A DNA stretch of 61,582 nt, the filler included, from Piptocephalis cylindrospora (Eukaryota), in assembly GCA_003614145.1 (NCBI GenBank). It is 4 parts of 4 records of this genome, joined end to end, with 100 filler letters (N's around TTAATTAATTAA, not from the genome) between each part and the next. Parts side by side here need not be neighbours in the genome. Positions count along the whole stretch, not along the records: positions 30,946 to 46,219 come from KZ987901.1; positions 46,320 to 61,582 come from KZ987902.1; 2 more parts are not named here. One strand, 5' to 3'. How positions within the stretch are numbered: the stretch's first letter is position 1; the number at the start of each line of letters is the position of its first letter. The position numbers and the translations under genes were made by a program. Positions 42,136 to 53,934 of this stretch are shown here, piece by piece. The notes under the pieces were generated by a model that was given only the letters and a program-made list of their open reading frames with translations, was not told the DNA's origin and did not search any database.

Positions 42136-42741
42136 AGACGCTCCCTCACCCCACACATATTGTGTCTTAGACAAGATTAAACCGGCTCTCCTGGCCTCGA
42201 TTCCACCAATCAATGTGTTCAAGATCAGATTTTCTCTCTTCAGTGTGTCTGTGAGTGAATAAGTCTGGGTTTTTATCTGATGTCAGTGTCTGAGCAGTGC
42301 TGCACATGCTCTTTCCCCATTTACTCATCAGCTTTTGTGTGAAGGTGAGTGTGTGAGTATGAGAATTGGCAGTGGAGAAGACGCCTTCCCCCTCCCCGTT
42401 CACTGCTGTTCTTATGCCAAAACCCTGCCGGATCTGCAGTCCTCGGTAAGATACAGTAAACGTGAGATCACTAAGGACTTCAAGGTCAAAAGGAAAGAGA
42501 GAATGAACCATACGAATGATGACACATACCCATAGATAGTGAGGAGATGTGCTGGCGTTTCCCTCACCCACTCCCCTCTCAATCATCCCGTCTGTGTCTC
42601 TTTCTCAGTTATAGCTGCAACACGCGCGAATGTGTGTGTGGCAGAAGATATGGCGCCCTGGAAGAATCAGGGAGAAGCAATGTGTCCTTTCCCTTACCTC
42701 TTGCTTCCTTTGCCAGCCCTTGTCCACACCCACACACGGAT

Positions 42742-42750
42742 ATCAGATAT
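42742..42750 (+). promoter_or_regulatory. Candidate iron-responsive GATA repressor (SreA/Fep1-type) site ATCAGATAT
   Basis: Matches ATCWGATAW, lies within the palindrome GGATATC-A-GATATCC, about 170 bp upstream of the mitoferrin ATG. Confidence 0.4.
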
Positions 42751-42920
42751 CCCGTCGCGATCCCCCCATCCGTTCTCGTTAATAAATAACTTCCGGTCTT
42801 TTCCTTTTTTTTCTCCTCTCCCTTCTTGGCTCATCTCGTCTCTTCTGCAGCCCTACTGCTTCCGCCCTCCCTTCCCACCCTCCTTTCCCTCGCTTTACCC
42901 ATTCACCACTACACCAAACT

Positions 42921-43955
42921 ATGGCTGAAGAGCACGATTATGAGGCCCTCCCGGAAAGCTCCCCTATGGCCGCTCATATGGCCGCGGGTGCCGTCGCCGG
43001 GATCGCCGAGCATGCCATCATGTACCCATTCGACAGTATCAAAACCCGTATGCAGGTCTTCACTAGTAATCCCTCGGCCGTTTACACCGGTATCACCAAC
43101 GCCCTTTCCCGCATCTCCACGGGCGAGGGGAGCGTGGCACTGTGGCGAGGAGTGGGATCGGTCATTGTCGGGGCAGGTCCAGCCCATGCCTTGTACTTTG
43201 CCATGTACGAGCAGTGTAAGGATCAGTTTGGCGGGAATCAAGGATCCGGGCACCATTTTATCGCTCCCGCCGCCGCAGGAGCCTGTGCCACCACCGCCAG
43301 TGATGCCTTGATGAACCCCTTTGATGTGGTAAAGCAACGGATGCAGGTCCATGGCTCCGAGTATCGATCGGTCCTGTCGTGCTTCCGGTCCATTTGGGCC
43401 GCTGAGGGTTTCTCCGCGTTCTATGTCTCCTACCCCACCACCCTCCTCATGACCGTGCCCTTCCAGGCCATGCAGTTCTCCACCTATGAATTCGCTGGCA
43501 AGATTCTCAACCCTTCAGGGATCTACGATCCAAAGTCTCATATTCTGGCTGGAGCCATGGCCGGATCCGTCGCCGCCGCCCTCACCACCCCTCTGGACGT
43601 GGCCAAGACTCTGCTGCAGACCCGTGGAACCAGCTCTGATCCCGCTATCCGTGGGGTCCGTGGGGTTGGAGGGTCTGTTGGTCTAATTTGGCGTCGCGCG
43701 GGAGTGGCTGGCTTCTTCCGTGGTTGGAAGCCCCGTGTCCTTACTCATATGCCCAGTACCGCCATTTGCTGGACCGTTTATGAATGGGCCAAGGATTGGA
43801 TGATCACTGATGAGGATACCACCCTCTCCTCCTCCTCCTCCTCTACCCCCTCCTCCACCCTCTCTACCACGACCATTGAGGATGGGACCCGGTCAAAGAC
43901 CCGGTCCTCCCCCGGCTCCTCCAACACGATCCATACCTCACCAGCTCATCCTTGA
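42921..43955 (+). CDS. MRS3: Mitochondrial iron carrier (mitoferrin, Mrs3/Mrs4)
   Basis: DYEALP, AGIAEHAIMYPFDSIKTRMQ, GAGPAHALYFA, MNPFDVVKQRMQ, AFYVSYPTTL, TTPLDVAKTLLQ. Confidence 0.95.
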   Translation: MAEEHDYEALPESSPMAAHMAAGAVAGIAEHAIMYPFDSIKTRMQVFTSNPSAVYTGITNALSRISTGEGSVALWRGVGSVIVGAGPAHALYFAMYEQCKDQFGGNQGSGHHFIAPAAAGACATTASDALMNPFDVVKQRMQVHGSEYRSVLSCFRSIWAAEGFSAFYVSYPTTLLMTVPFQAMQFSTYEFAGKILNPSGIYDPKSHILAGAMAGSVAAALTTPLDVAKTLLQTRGTSSDPAIRGVRGVGGSVGLIWRRAGVAGFFRGWKPRVLTHMPSTAICWTVYEWAKDWMITDEDTTLSSSSSSTPSSTLSTTTIEDGTRSKTRSSPGSSNTIHTSPAHP

Positions 43956-45069
43956 TGCAGGCAAGATATACGACATGAAGATGGGGTTGAAAGGATGGGA
44001 GCAAAAGAATCAGGATGAACAGAAAGAGAGAGGGGGGAGGGAGGGAGAATAATGGCCATCGCAAAGTTTCTGCAATGTGAGGGATATGTACTATAGGCCC
44101 ATTTTTGCGTTCTTGTCCCCGAGTACACTAATTTGTGATTGTAAGAGAAAGGCCGTGGGTGGGAAAAGGAGAGGAGAAAGGTATAGAGAGGGAGGTGGGA
44201 TGAGTCTAGTGCTGCAGTCCTCCGCCTTTACCTCTATTTATACTTGTCTGTCTACCTTGACAAGGCTGTGGGGGGAGGGAATGGACACCACACTTATCAG
44301 ATAAAGCTGGGATGAGGTGCTGGTTGGGGACCGCCTCCCTCCCCTAAAAAGCGCACCCATCACGCCACGTCCATCCGGTGTAGCGACGCGTACGTATGTG
44401 TGTGCACGGAGAGGGTAAAGGGATCTTGGCCCGCTCCCATGAGAAGCGCTCCCTCAACCTTCTTCCCCATCCTTCTACGGGCCCTTCCGCTCTTGGAACA
44501 CCCAACTGGTCCCCCCCGCATTAACACTGAGCCTTTGTGCGAACGGAAAGCGATTTAGACGGCAGGAGATATCCATCCAAGGCCAGATGATTAGAGCCAG
44601 GTCTGAAGGATGGACCATGTACTTTTTCCTACTCTGTCCATCCTTGAGACCTGGATCTAATAGTCTGGTCGTATCAACGCCTTCCCATCCATTCTCCTGT
44701 TTTATGGAGGTCTGTCCTTCTTTTCATGAACACGTCAATGGTCATGCATGTGTGAGGGAGAAGATGTAGCCTCTTCCCATCCTAAGCCTAGCTAAAACGC
44801 GGGTTGCACGTGCTTGGGGTTTATACTCCTCATTCTGAAAAAAGTCCACCCCCTCCCCCCACACACATACGCACACACATCAATTCTCCCACCCTTCCAC
44901 ACCGGAACTTGTTCTTCCCCGGGTTTCTCCATACTGCATCGGGAAATGTCCGTCCTTGCCATCAAAACAACAGTGCGATATGTACCACTACTTGCTAGGG
45001 TTAGGGTTAATGCTCCCCCTGTGTCTCTCTCTCCCTCTTTTTTCTCCCCCCCATCTCCCCATCTTCAAC

Positions 45070-45787
45070 ATGCCCCTTCCTCCTAGCTTGGCTGCGCTTG
45101 TTCAGCGGGTTGAAGGTATCCTAGCCGACCCGGACCTACAAGTACCTTTGAGTATCCTCAAGGGCTTCCGCAATGGTATGGTCTATGGAGCTAAAGTAAG
45201 GTTCCCCCATGCCCTGGTCATGACCTTTCTCTTCCGGACGGGAACGTAAGTACCCTACCCCTTTCCCATCCCTCCCCTCAGCCGGGGTTGACCAAGTCAC
45301 CCATTCCCCCTCCCCTCCCCTCCCCTCGCTCCACATTAGACTGGAGGAAAAGGCTAGAATTATCTTCAAGGCCACAAAGACCCACTCGAAAAACCTTGCC
45401 TTCTTCGTCACCATCTACAAAAGTCTTATGCTTCTACAGAAGCACTTGGCTGGAGATAAGGAGATGTCTTTCCATTCCTTCCTTGCCGGTCTGATCGGTG
45501 GATACCTGGTTTTCGGCGATGACAACGGTATCAATCAGCAGATGATCCTCTACCTCTTTTCCCGTGTCATGGTCGCCCTTGTCAAGATCCCTGTCAAGCA
45601 CGGTGTCCTCCCCAAGCCCAAGGCTTCCTTCTCCATCTTTGCCGCCCTCACCTGGGCCGCCGTTATGTGGCTCTTCCGTCATGAGCGTGATACCCTCCAG
45701 CCCTCCCTGCAAGCCTCCATGCAATATCTCTACCTGGATTCCAATCACTGGAAAGGTCTCCGCACCCTCCTTTGGCACAACAAATAA
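45070..45787 (+). CDS. PXMP4: Peroxisomal membrane protein 4 (PMP24, Tim17-like family), 2 exons
   Basis: LKGFRNGMVYGAKVRFPHALVMTFLF; intron at about 45246-45339; INQQMILYLFSRV; VMWLFRHERDTLQPSLQASMQYLY. Confidence 0.93.
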
Positions 45788-45928
45788 CCAACCACCCCCT
45801 CTCACTCCTCCTTTTACCTGTGTATGAAGTAAAATGGGTATTGGCGGGGCAGTGAAAGCCCTGCCCTTTCTCCTCGCCGTATCAATAAAAGAGACATGCA
45901 AATGTTTCCAAAAAAGCTCTTTAGAGAA

Positions 45929-46001
45929 TGCAGCTTCTGTGGATTGAACACAGGACCTTTAGATCTTCAGTCTAACGCTCTCCCAACTGAGCTAAAGCTG
46001 C
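45929..46001 (-). tRNA. tRNA-Phe (GAA), intronless
   Basis: Reverse complement GCAGCTTTAGCTCAGTTGGGAGAGCGTTAGACTGAAGATCTAAAGGTCCTGTGTTCAATCCACAGAAGCTGCA folds as a 73-nt cloverleaf with anticodon GAA. Confidence 0.96.
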
Positions 46002-46090
46002 CGATGGAATGTGGTTTCCGCTGAAACTGTTGTCTTGTTCTCACTGAGGGATGAGGCTAATCGCTGGCAAATAGATGTATTGATACGGAT

Positions 46091-46219
46091 CTGAATCCGG
46101 ATGGCAGTGTCAGTTGATAAAGAGCAAACCTGCCCTACTTATATTCCCCAGGATGGATGCTTACCTGAATCCGGATGGCAGTGTCAGTTGATAAAGAGCA
46201 AACCTGCCATCGGATCCAG
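46091..46219. repeat. 44-bp exact direct repeat (46091-46134, 46165-46208) with an imperfect hairpin at the contig end
   Basis: CTGAATCCGGATGGCAGTGTCAGTTGATAAAGAGCAAACCTGCC occurs twice. Confidence 0.85.
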
Positions 46220-46319
46220 NNNNNNNNNNNNNNNNNNNNNNNNNNNNNNNNNNNNNNNNNNNNTTAATTAATTAANNNNNNNNNNNNNNNNNNNNNNNNN
46301 NNNNNNNNNNNNNNNNNNN
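46220..46319. other. Artificial contig spacer
   Basis: N44-TTAATTAATTAA-N44. Confidence 0.95.
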
Positions 46320-46967
46320 TTACAGTTTGGAGAAATGTTCCGCTTCCCATAGTAAAAGTCAATCGATTGACTTGTTTATTAGTGTGAGTATATTGTTATT
46401 AAAGCGTTGAACGTACATAATAGTAATGCAATAACGCTTTAGAAAATCCAAGCGTATCAACTAGGTGAATCAAGGAGAAAACAGAGGCGCAAATTAAAGG
46501 GGGATTAAAAGTGTAACAAGTAAAGTGAAGCAGAAAGATAAGTCCAAGACTGGGAATGTTCTCTTTTCTTTATTACCTTAGATACTTTCCTAAATCCTTT
46601 CCAGGTATTTGTGCCTCCAGGATAAGCCTTAAGGTATTGGCCTAGTTGGATTGACCACCGACCGATGCAGCGAGCAGACGGGGATGCACTCCCCCGTCTT
46701 GTGTCCCCCCCATTTATTTTGACCCTATCTTCTCAGCCTGGTACGACTGAGAGTTATGATTCCAGTACCGCTCGGTATACGTATTGCACTGTGTTGTTTC
46801 CTGCGCTGGTGCTACGACAATTTGCGTGGTATAACGTATATCAGAAAAATATTCAGTGCAATAAAAAATGCCTCTTCTCTCCCACTCATGGTTTATTGCT
46901 CTTCCCTCGCTCCTCATAGGGGTCAGGTACATGGACCTAATGAATATAGCTCATCCTTCACATTCTA

Positions 46968-48755
46968 CTACTCCTTGGCCTTGTACTTGCGGCCCTTGGC
47001 AATCATAGTTAACCGTGTCCGTTGCTCATTCTTTGGAATGCTTCGCCCGCTCTGGACCTCGGCCATGACGCTTGGATCGGTTTCAGGGGCCACGTTGTAC
47101 GTTGGAGCAAAGTGTATGGGGATACGGGCCTTGACCGAATACCCGGGTTCACCAGGCTTGGGTTCATATCCAGACTTTGGTTCAATCGTTGGGATGTGCC
47201 TAGGGAAAGAAGATGAAAAGATATTCTATAGTAAGGCAAATGGAGAGAGAATAATTGATCACTTACTGTTGCATAGAGCCCTCTTCCCCATAGGCCCGAT
47301 GACGAGCAAGGGTTCGGTAGTCATCAGACTTGCCCAGAATGGGCCTACTCCACTTGGCTGTATCCACGCCAGGAGAACGGGGGCGGATGTACAGATGAAT
47401 GAGTCATGAAGGGTTCTAGACAGGGTCCTTTCCCTCCTCTCTCACCACCACAGGAAAGAAGTGATTACCAATAAGCTTTTCGGCCAAGACCCGAATAGAA
47501 GAAGATACTTTTCGGTAAGTGGCATAAAATTTAATGAGACGCCCAATGCCACTTCCATGCAGATGATCCGTCTCAACAGGGAGCTGTTTGAGGGAAGGGA
47601 TAATGAGAAGGTGAATGGAGGGAAGGTCCGAGGGAAGGGGAAAGAGACGAGAGAAGGAGAGCCTACCTCATCTAGAAGATGCATCATCTCACTCTGGACA
47701 TCCATGGTAGGTAGGGCTCTGGTTTTGCTATTAGGCTCCAACCAGTCCTTGATTGCCTTGACAATTCCAGCATCCATGAGAGCTGGATGAAGATACGCTC
47801 TAAGTGGTGATGGTAGTGGTAGGGGGGTAGATCAACATGGATATTAACACAAGGGTTCTTTGATCGTATCCTTTAGAAAAGACGTCCCAGGTGGAAAACT
47901 TACTTGCGTCCAGCCCGCACCACGATCTCCAGGAGAAGTAGCTTCTCGGTAGCAGGCTTCCCCGCTTGAACGGACCGTTCATCCTGATCCGCAGCCTCCT
48001 GCATCTTCTCCACTACCCTACGTGCTATTCTATCCTGCTTGGTCTCTACCGTCTATATATTGAAATGATATCCAGAGAATAAACGAATGAGATGAGATCA
48101 GGAGGGGATTGGACATAAAACATCTAGTAACCCTTGCTCTTACCAAATCATGATCCCCAGTGGGTTGCCGCCTCTTTCGTTTCCCAGTCCCTCGTACTTC
48201 CTTTTCCACACTATCCATGAATTCTCTTGCCTCCTCTATATTAGTACATGATCCAAGATTGCTGGTTGGTGAGTAGGTCTAGTCTCCCCCCCCCCCTTTC
48301 TCCTCTCTCTCATCCTTTAGGTACATACCAAAGCGAAGGCGAGCTTCATTAGTCACTGAGGGCCCTGTGGGGGCAGAGGGGACAGGGGCATCCTGGTCCG
48401 GTAAGGGTTGTTGGCCAGGATGCATTCCTTCAAGATGCGCCTCGTACCCATACACGTCCTGACCGGAAGAAGGCCAGGTATCGTAGGATGTGTAGGCAGT
48501 GGATGATTCGGATGAAGCAGTGGGCGGTCCCCCCACTTCTCTATCCTCCTCTTCTTCTTCCTCGGGCAACTCGTAATCTGAAAGTTCATCATCATCCTCC
48601 AACCCAAAGATATCTTCCTCGAGCTTAGCCTACCATGAGAAGGGGATAGGACTGAGTGGAGTGCGCTATTGGAGAGAAGGAGTATCCTTGGAAAAGGGAC
48701 ATACTGCCTTGGAGGGTCTTTCTCTAGAATTCTTGTCGACGCCTTGTGTGGGATT
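46968..48755 (-). CDS. SPN1: Transcription elongation factor Spn1/IWS1, multi-exon, 5' end missing
   Basis: Manual splicing gives KMQEAADQD..GKPATEKL, IKDWLEP..LPT, LPVETDHLHGSGIGRLIKFY, KWSRPILGKSDDY and ARIP..YNVAP, plus an acidic N-terminal exon. Confidence 0.85.
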
Positions 48756-48794
48756 CTATCGAGTATGCTTTAGTCAGTCTGGTAGGCGGAGGAA

Positions 48795-48870
48795 GCAAGA
48801 GAATTCATGGATAGTGTGGAAAAGGAAGTACGAGGGACTGGGAAACGAAAGAGGCGGCAACCCACTGGGG
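48795..48870 (+). repeat. 76-bp perfect inverted copy of 48155-48230 (a Spn1 exon)
   Basis: Both strands translate to the same peptide, (EF)MDSVEKEVRGTGKRKRRQPTG. Confidence 0.92.
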
Positions 48871-51461
48871 AGGTTGGGAGGAAAGATGTCAAGCAGCTTC
48901 AACTAAAAGATAGAAAGTACTTGCTTCTGTTGAATAAACATTGTGTCCTCACTCCTATCCAAATCAAGAATGGGGATCTGTGAGCATCTGAAGGGCAACC
49001 AGATTGGTTGGGTGTGTGGAATGAGAGACAATTGTGTGGTGGGCGTTTTTATAATAGGACAGCTGGAATTGTGGGGGGATTGAGTGGACCACATTAATCA
49101 TAATAATCCTAGAGACAGGCCTGATCATCTTACCAGTCGACCTGCTTTCTCTCGGTATACAGCTCTTGGGAAGGGCTTTAGTATTAGCATTGCTATGCCT
49201 GTTGTTGTGTGCCGGGACTTTGTGGAAAAGGAAAAAGGGAAACACTCAGGACTAGCTGGTGTATTTCAGTAGCTCTAGCCTCATTCTTGAGGTGATCCAC
49301 CATACTGTTATACTATGTCCATTATGGGCTGCTTGCTCATAAACATGAATGCTTCTATTATGATCCGCTTGTGATATCTCTTTGTGCTCATAAAAATACG
49401 AAAGGGAATGGACATCTATTGGGCTCTGTAAAAATGTCAGTTTCTTGCCATTTTTCCTGTCAAAAGTATTCATGAATGACGCGATATCCAGTAACATAAA
49501 AGTAGGTCTTTACTGTAGATGAAGTGAAAATAAAGGCCCATCTTTGATGCGGATGGCATGAGAGTACGCATGGGACGGAGGGCTCAACCGCCCATACCTC
49601 CTCACTGACCTCCTGGTCAAAGCCTGATTAGGCTCATTGACGGACCATCTCACCTCATTTTCCTTGGCTAAGAGTGAACCTGTTCACCTGACCCTCCGGG
49701 AACATGGCCTCTTGCAAGTCAAAGATTTCTTGGATTAGGAAGCAATACAGTCTTTCTTGAATGATGATATAAGAGGTCCTGTTCAGGGAATGAAGCACGC
49801 TATTCCATCTTTAAATTTGTCTCATCAATGTACCGGGCCGCTCGCTCCAAAACATGAACAGACTCGAATCGATGTTTGTTCAGCTAGAGCTCTTATCCCA
49901 TGCACAGGATAAAGTGGGGGAAGGAAGGTCTAGACCTGGGTCATTAGCCGTATTCCAAAGCGAGAGCAAAGTGCAGATCCCAGATCCCTTTCTCATACAC
50001 TTTCATTCTCACCGGTTCGAGCACTCACCGACGTTTGGGAAGGGTCCCAGCACCATTTCATGGATCAAAGGATCTCGCGCCATGGGGTAAAGAGCAATTG
50101 GGCGGACATGTCAGGGTACGGACAGGACATAGGCAATCAACTCATCAACTATCCTGATTCAAATAGCTTCTACTAAGACGCATGAACGGATTATTCTCGG
50201 AGACCCCTCTCTTCCTTTACGGGCACTTCCCACGCCACCGTGCTGACCAAACGCACTGAACCTCTCCTGAAATGTCGCTATTTCCCAGGGTTTGAGTGGG
50301 TAGGGCCAGGTCCCATTGGTTGCTGGGAGCGGTTAAATACAATTAGAGCGGCCTTGAATATGTCTACCTATCACTGCTCCTCCTGAGTGAACTCCCTCCT
50401 GGTAATAAACACTCATTCTCTCTTTCCAAGTGAACGATGGCTCATCTACTTGAGGACACGCGCTTCGGGATCTCTAATGGATCCGAAGGGAGCTTTTCCA
50501 TTCCCACAAGACGGCATCTTAAGGTGTTTTTTTTAGCGAGATTTGTACTATTGTGAGAGCGATGCACACATAAACCACGCCCAATTCATATTCCGCTCCT
50601 CATATGCAACAATGTGGCTGGTTACCCGGCCAATTGCTGATTCTTATTGGAATGAACCCAGGAAAAAGAGAGGGGGGAAAAGGGAGATGCACGATCAAAA
50701 CTAGGTTACTCCTACTTCACACACACGCACACGCTCACAGTTTGCCCCTTGCACAGCTCCCAACTCCCTGGGACACGTATGCTATGCTGTTCTCATGCGT
50801 CTACAGACATCCACTCATTCCAAGGTAAACCAGGGGAGCCTCCGTGGATGGGCAGGCTGACCCCGCATCTCAGTCTTTTTTTCTGACACAGCACACAAGG
50901 ACACTTGCACATAGACATGAGGCATGAGAAGCACACCAAGTCGTATTTGGATGTGGCAGGTGACCTCGTCCAATCTCGGAAACCCGGAGAGAGCAATTGA
51001 CCCTGGGAAATGCTTAGAGTTGTTTAGAAGGAGCAATTGACCTTGGGAACTGCCAGTGTCTGGGTCGGAAAGTAGATCCCGGACATCCTCCCTTCCTAGG
51101 CGATGGTTAAGGTATGGGTTCACCGGGTAGGGCGAGACAAAGGGCCTCTTCCACTTATCCATCAACCAGATCCTCTTTCTCACGATCAGCCCCCTCAACA
51201 TGCCCAGCCTGGAACCCATCCTCCCTGATCTCGCGTATAAAACCTGGGTCGAGAAGCCACATCTCGGAGGCTTCATTTGGCTCTTTTCCTCATCTCCCCC
51301 CCCTACCCTCCCATACTCCCCACCCTTGTCTTTATTTCTCCCTTATTTTCACTTGGAGTATCCTCCTACCCTGATCGTACTTCACTTACTCCTTGTTATC
51401 ATCCATCCCTGCATCCATCTCTGCACCCTCCCCCCAGCCTCATATCCATCTCCTAGTCACG

Positions 51462-53621
51462 ATGGCCTTCCATAGTAACAACCCCAACGAGGACAATATC
51501 GACCTGTCCCAAGTCCCTGGCATTGGTGCCCATGATGTCAAGGGCACCTCCTACCTGGACGAGAAGAGTGATCCGATCCATCCAGGAGAGAAAGATCCAT
51601 CGCAATTACAGGAACCCTCCATCATGTCGGCCCTATACGAGGAGTTCCAGTTCACCTGGAGAGCCTCCATCGTCGGATCCCTTCTGGGATGTCTCGTAGC
51701 CGCGTCTAACATGTACCTTGGTCTCAAGATTGGCTGGACCTTTGGTGCCTCCCTTTTCGGCGCCATCTTCTCCTTCGCCATCCTCCGACCCATGTCCGCT
51801 ATTCTACCCCGTGTCCTTGGTGGAGGCCATTTTGGTCCCAAGGAGAACTGCTCTGCTCAGTCCGCTGCCACCACCGCGGGTGGTCTCTCCTCCGGCTTCG
51901 TCAGTGGTATCCCCGCCATGTACCGTCTAGGCCTCATGTCCGCAGACCCGACGGACGATCTGGCTGGCCTCATCCTCTGGACCCTGGCTGCTGCCTTCTA
52001 CGGCCTCTTCTTCGCCATCCCCCTGCGTAAGCACTTTGTCATCAATCAGGACCTCACATTCCCCACCCCACGTGCCGCTGCCGCTACCATCCGTCAGCTG
52101 CACGACACCGTGACCGGGGAGCGGGACGCTATGCGCAAGGCCGTGGCTATGTCCATCAGCTTCATGATCGCCTTTATCGTCACCCTCATTGCCTACTGGG
52201 TCCCCTTCGTCAACTCCATCCACATCCTCTTCTGGATCGGTACCTGGGCTCACTACCCCGCCATGGCCAATGCCGATACCACTTGGGCTTGGACCTTCAA
52301 TCTGGACTGGGCCTTCTTTGGCGCTGGAATGATGACCCCAGGCGCCACCGTCTTCTCCTTCTTTGCCGGTCAGCTCATCGGATACGGCATTGCTGGCCCC
52401 ATCATGGTCACCAAGGGTTACCTTCTTGGCTCCTACGGCTTCACCAAGCCCGGAAATGGCACTGCCCAGTCCTGGTTCCTCTGGCCTGGGATTGCCCTCA
52501 TGGTCTTGACCTCCTTTGCTGAGGTCGCCATCCACTACAGGACCATTGGTCGCGGCTTCGTCGGTGGCTACCGCGAGTGTGTGCGTGGTGTTGTTTACGT
52601 TACTCACCAGGCCAAGCGTGTTATTCATCGTCGTACCGCTGGTCCCATGGCCCGTCAGCAGCAATTGCAAGAGGAGGAGGAGTTGGACCCCAATGATCCC
52701 GTTCCCAAGCACGAGCAAGTTCCCCTCCTATGGTGGGGCGGCGGTCTGGTCTGCTCCATGATCCTGACCTGTGTTATCATGGGCCGTTCCTTCCACATCC
52801 CCGTGTACCAGACCATCATCGCCATCATCCTCTCCTTTATCCTCGCCTTCATTGGGCTCCAGGCTGCCGGTGAAACAGACATCAATCCCTTGGGCACCAT
52901 CGGCAAGATCACTCAAGTGGTCTTTTGTAAATTCCCCGCTGATGATCTCAAGTCCCTGCAGAGGGCCGATCTTATGTCTGCCAACGTCACCTCTTCTGCT
53001 GCCGCGCAGGCCGTCGACATGGTCGGTGATCTCAAAACTGGCCAGCTCCTTGGCGCCTCCCCTCGCTCCCAGTTCCTGGCCCAGTGCGTTGGGTCCGTCT
53101 TTGCCGTCGCCATCGCCGTCCCCCTTTTCATCCTTTACGCCAAGGCTTATCCATGTATCGTCGATGCTTCTGTCGAGGAATGCCAGTTCTCCCTGGTCGC
53201 TGTGAATGCCTGGCAGGCTGTTACCAAGCTTCTGACCACGAATGCCTTCGTCCCTATGGGCTCCATTGTTACCGCCGTCATCCTGGCCGTGCTGGCCGTT
53301 GGTAATGTCATCCTCAAACACTACTACCTCCCCGAGTCCTTCCTTCCCTACTGGCCTAATCTTAATGCTGTCGGCATCGGTTTTATCAACTCTTCCCCTG
53401 AGATCCCCATTGCCATGATCATTGGCTGGTCTGGTGTCCAGATCTGGAAGCGTCTCAAGCCCCAGCAAGCCGAGGAATACCTTTACGCCATCGCTGGTGG
53501 CCTTATTGCCGGTGTAGGTATCGGTGGTCTTCTTCAGGCCGTCTTCCAGGTTGCCAACGTCGAGTCTGCCACCGTCACCTGGGGTTGTACCTTTGACGAG
53601 ACTGGTAAAGTCTCTTGCTAA
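51462..53621 (+). CDS. OPT-superfamily (YSL-like) transporter
   Basis: QFTWRASIVG, NMYLGLKIGWT, FGPKEN, FFAIPLRKHF..LTFPTP, GETDINP, DLKTGQLLGASPRSQF; many transmembrane segments. Confidence 0.93.
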   Translation: MAFHSNNPNEDNIDLSQVPGIGAHDVKGTSYLDEKSDPIHPGEKDPSQLQEPSIMSALYEEFQFTWRASIVGSLLGCLVAASNMYLGLKIGWTFGASLFGAIFSFAILRPMSAILPRVLGGGHFGPKENCSAQSAATTAGGLSSGFVSGIPAMYRLGLMSADPTDDLAGLILWTLAAAFYGLFFAIPLRKHFVINQDLTFPTPRAAAATIRQLHDTVTGERDAMRKAVAMSISFMIAFIVTLIAYWVPFVNSIHILFWIGTWAHYPAMANADTTWAWTFNLDWAFFGAGMMTPGATVFSFFAGQLIGYGIAGPIMVTKGYLLGSYGFTKPGNGTAQSWFLWPGIALMVLTSFAEVAIHYRTIGRGFVGGYRECVRGVVYVTHQAKRVIHRRTAGPMARQQQLQEEEELDPNDPVPKHEQVPLLWWGGGLVCSMILTCVIMGRSFHIPVYQTIIAIILSFILAFIGLQAAGETDINPLGTIGKITQVVFCKFPADDLKSLQRADLMSANVTSSAAAQAVDMVGDLKTGQLLGASPRSQFLAQCVGSVFAVAIAVPLFILYAKAYPCIVDASVEECQFSLVAVNAWQAVTKLLTTNAFVPMGSIVTAVILAVLAVGNVILKHYYLPESFLPYWPNLNAVGIGFINSSPEIPIAMIIGWSGVQIWKRLKPQQAEEYLYAIAGGLIAGVGIGGLLQAVFQVANVESATVTWGCTFDETGKVSC

Positions 53622-53934
53622 AACCCTTTCCTCCCTCCTCCCTCCTTCCCTTCTGCTATATGAAGTGCATGTTGCGTGTGATCTATGCTCTCTCTCTCTC
53701 TCTTTTTCTCCCTCATCCCATTTCTTTTCTTTTTTGTACCCCTTTTGTCAGCGTCTGTCGCGTCTTCTCTTTCGGCCGCACTCGAATCACCTAAAAATGC
53801 AGAGCACCGCGTTTCATGTTTATTACCCTGTTTGCCTCTTCATGTGAAATGCTCCGGGTTGATCCGGATAGTCCAACTCTCTCTTATATACACCGTCCAG
53901 CAATGACACATATAGACACAAGTACCTCTCATTC

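Noticed and set aside
44995..45009. CTAGGGTTAGGGTTA telomere-like motif upstream of PXMP4
   Set aside because: Only about 2 units and internal; at most a telobox-type site
51927..53468. Long antisense ORFs over OPT (likewise over USP, the GPCRs, Nup and H4)
   Set aside because: Shadow ORFs caused by codon bias of the real genes
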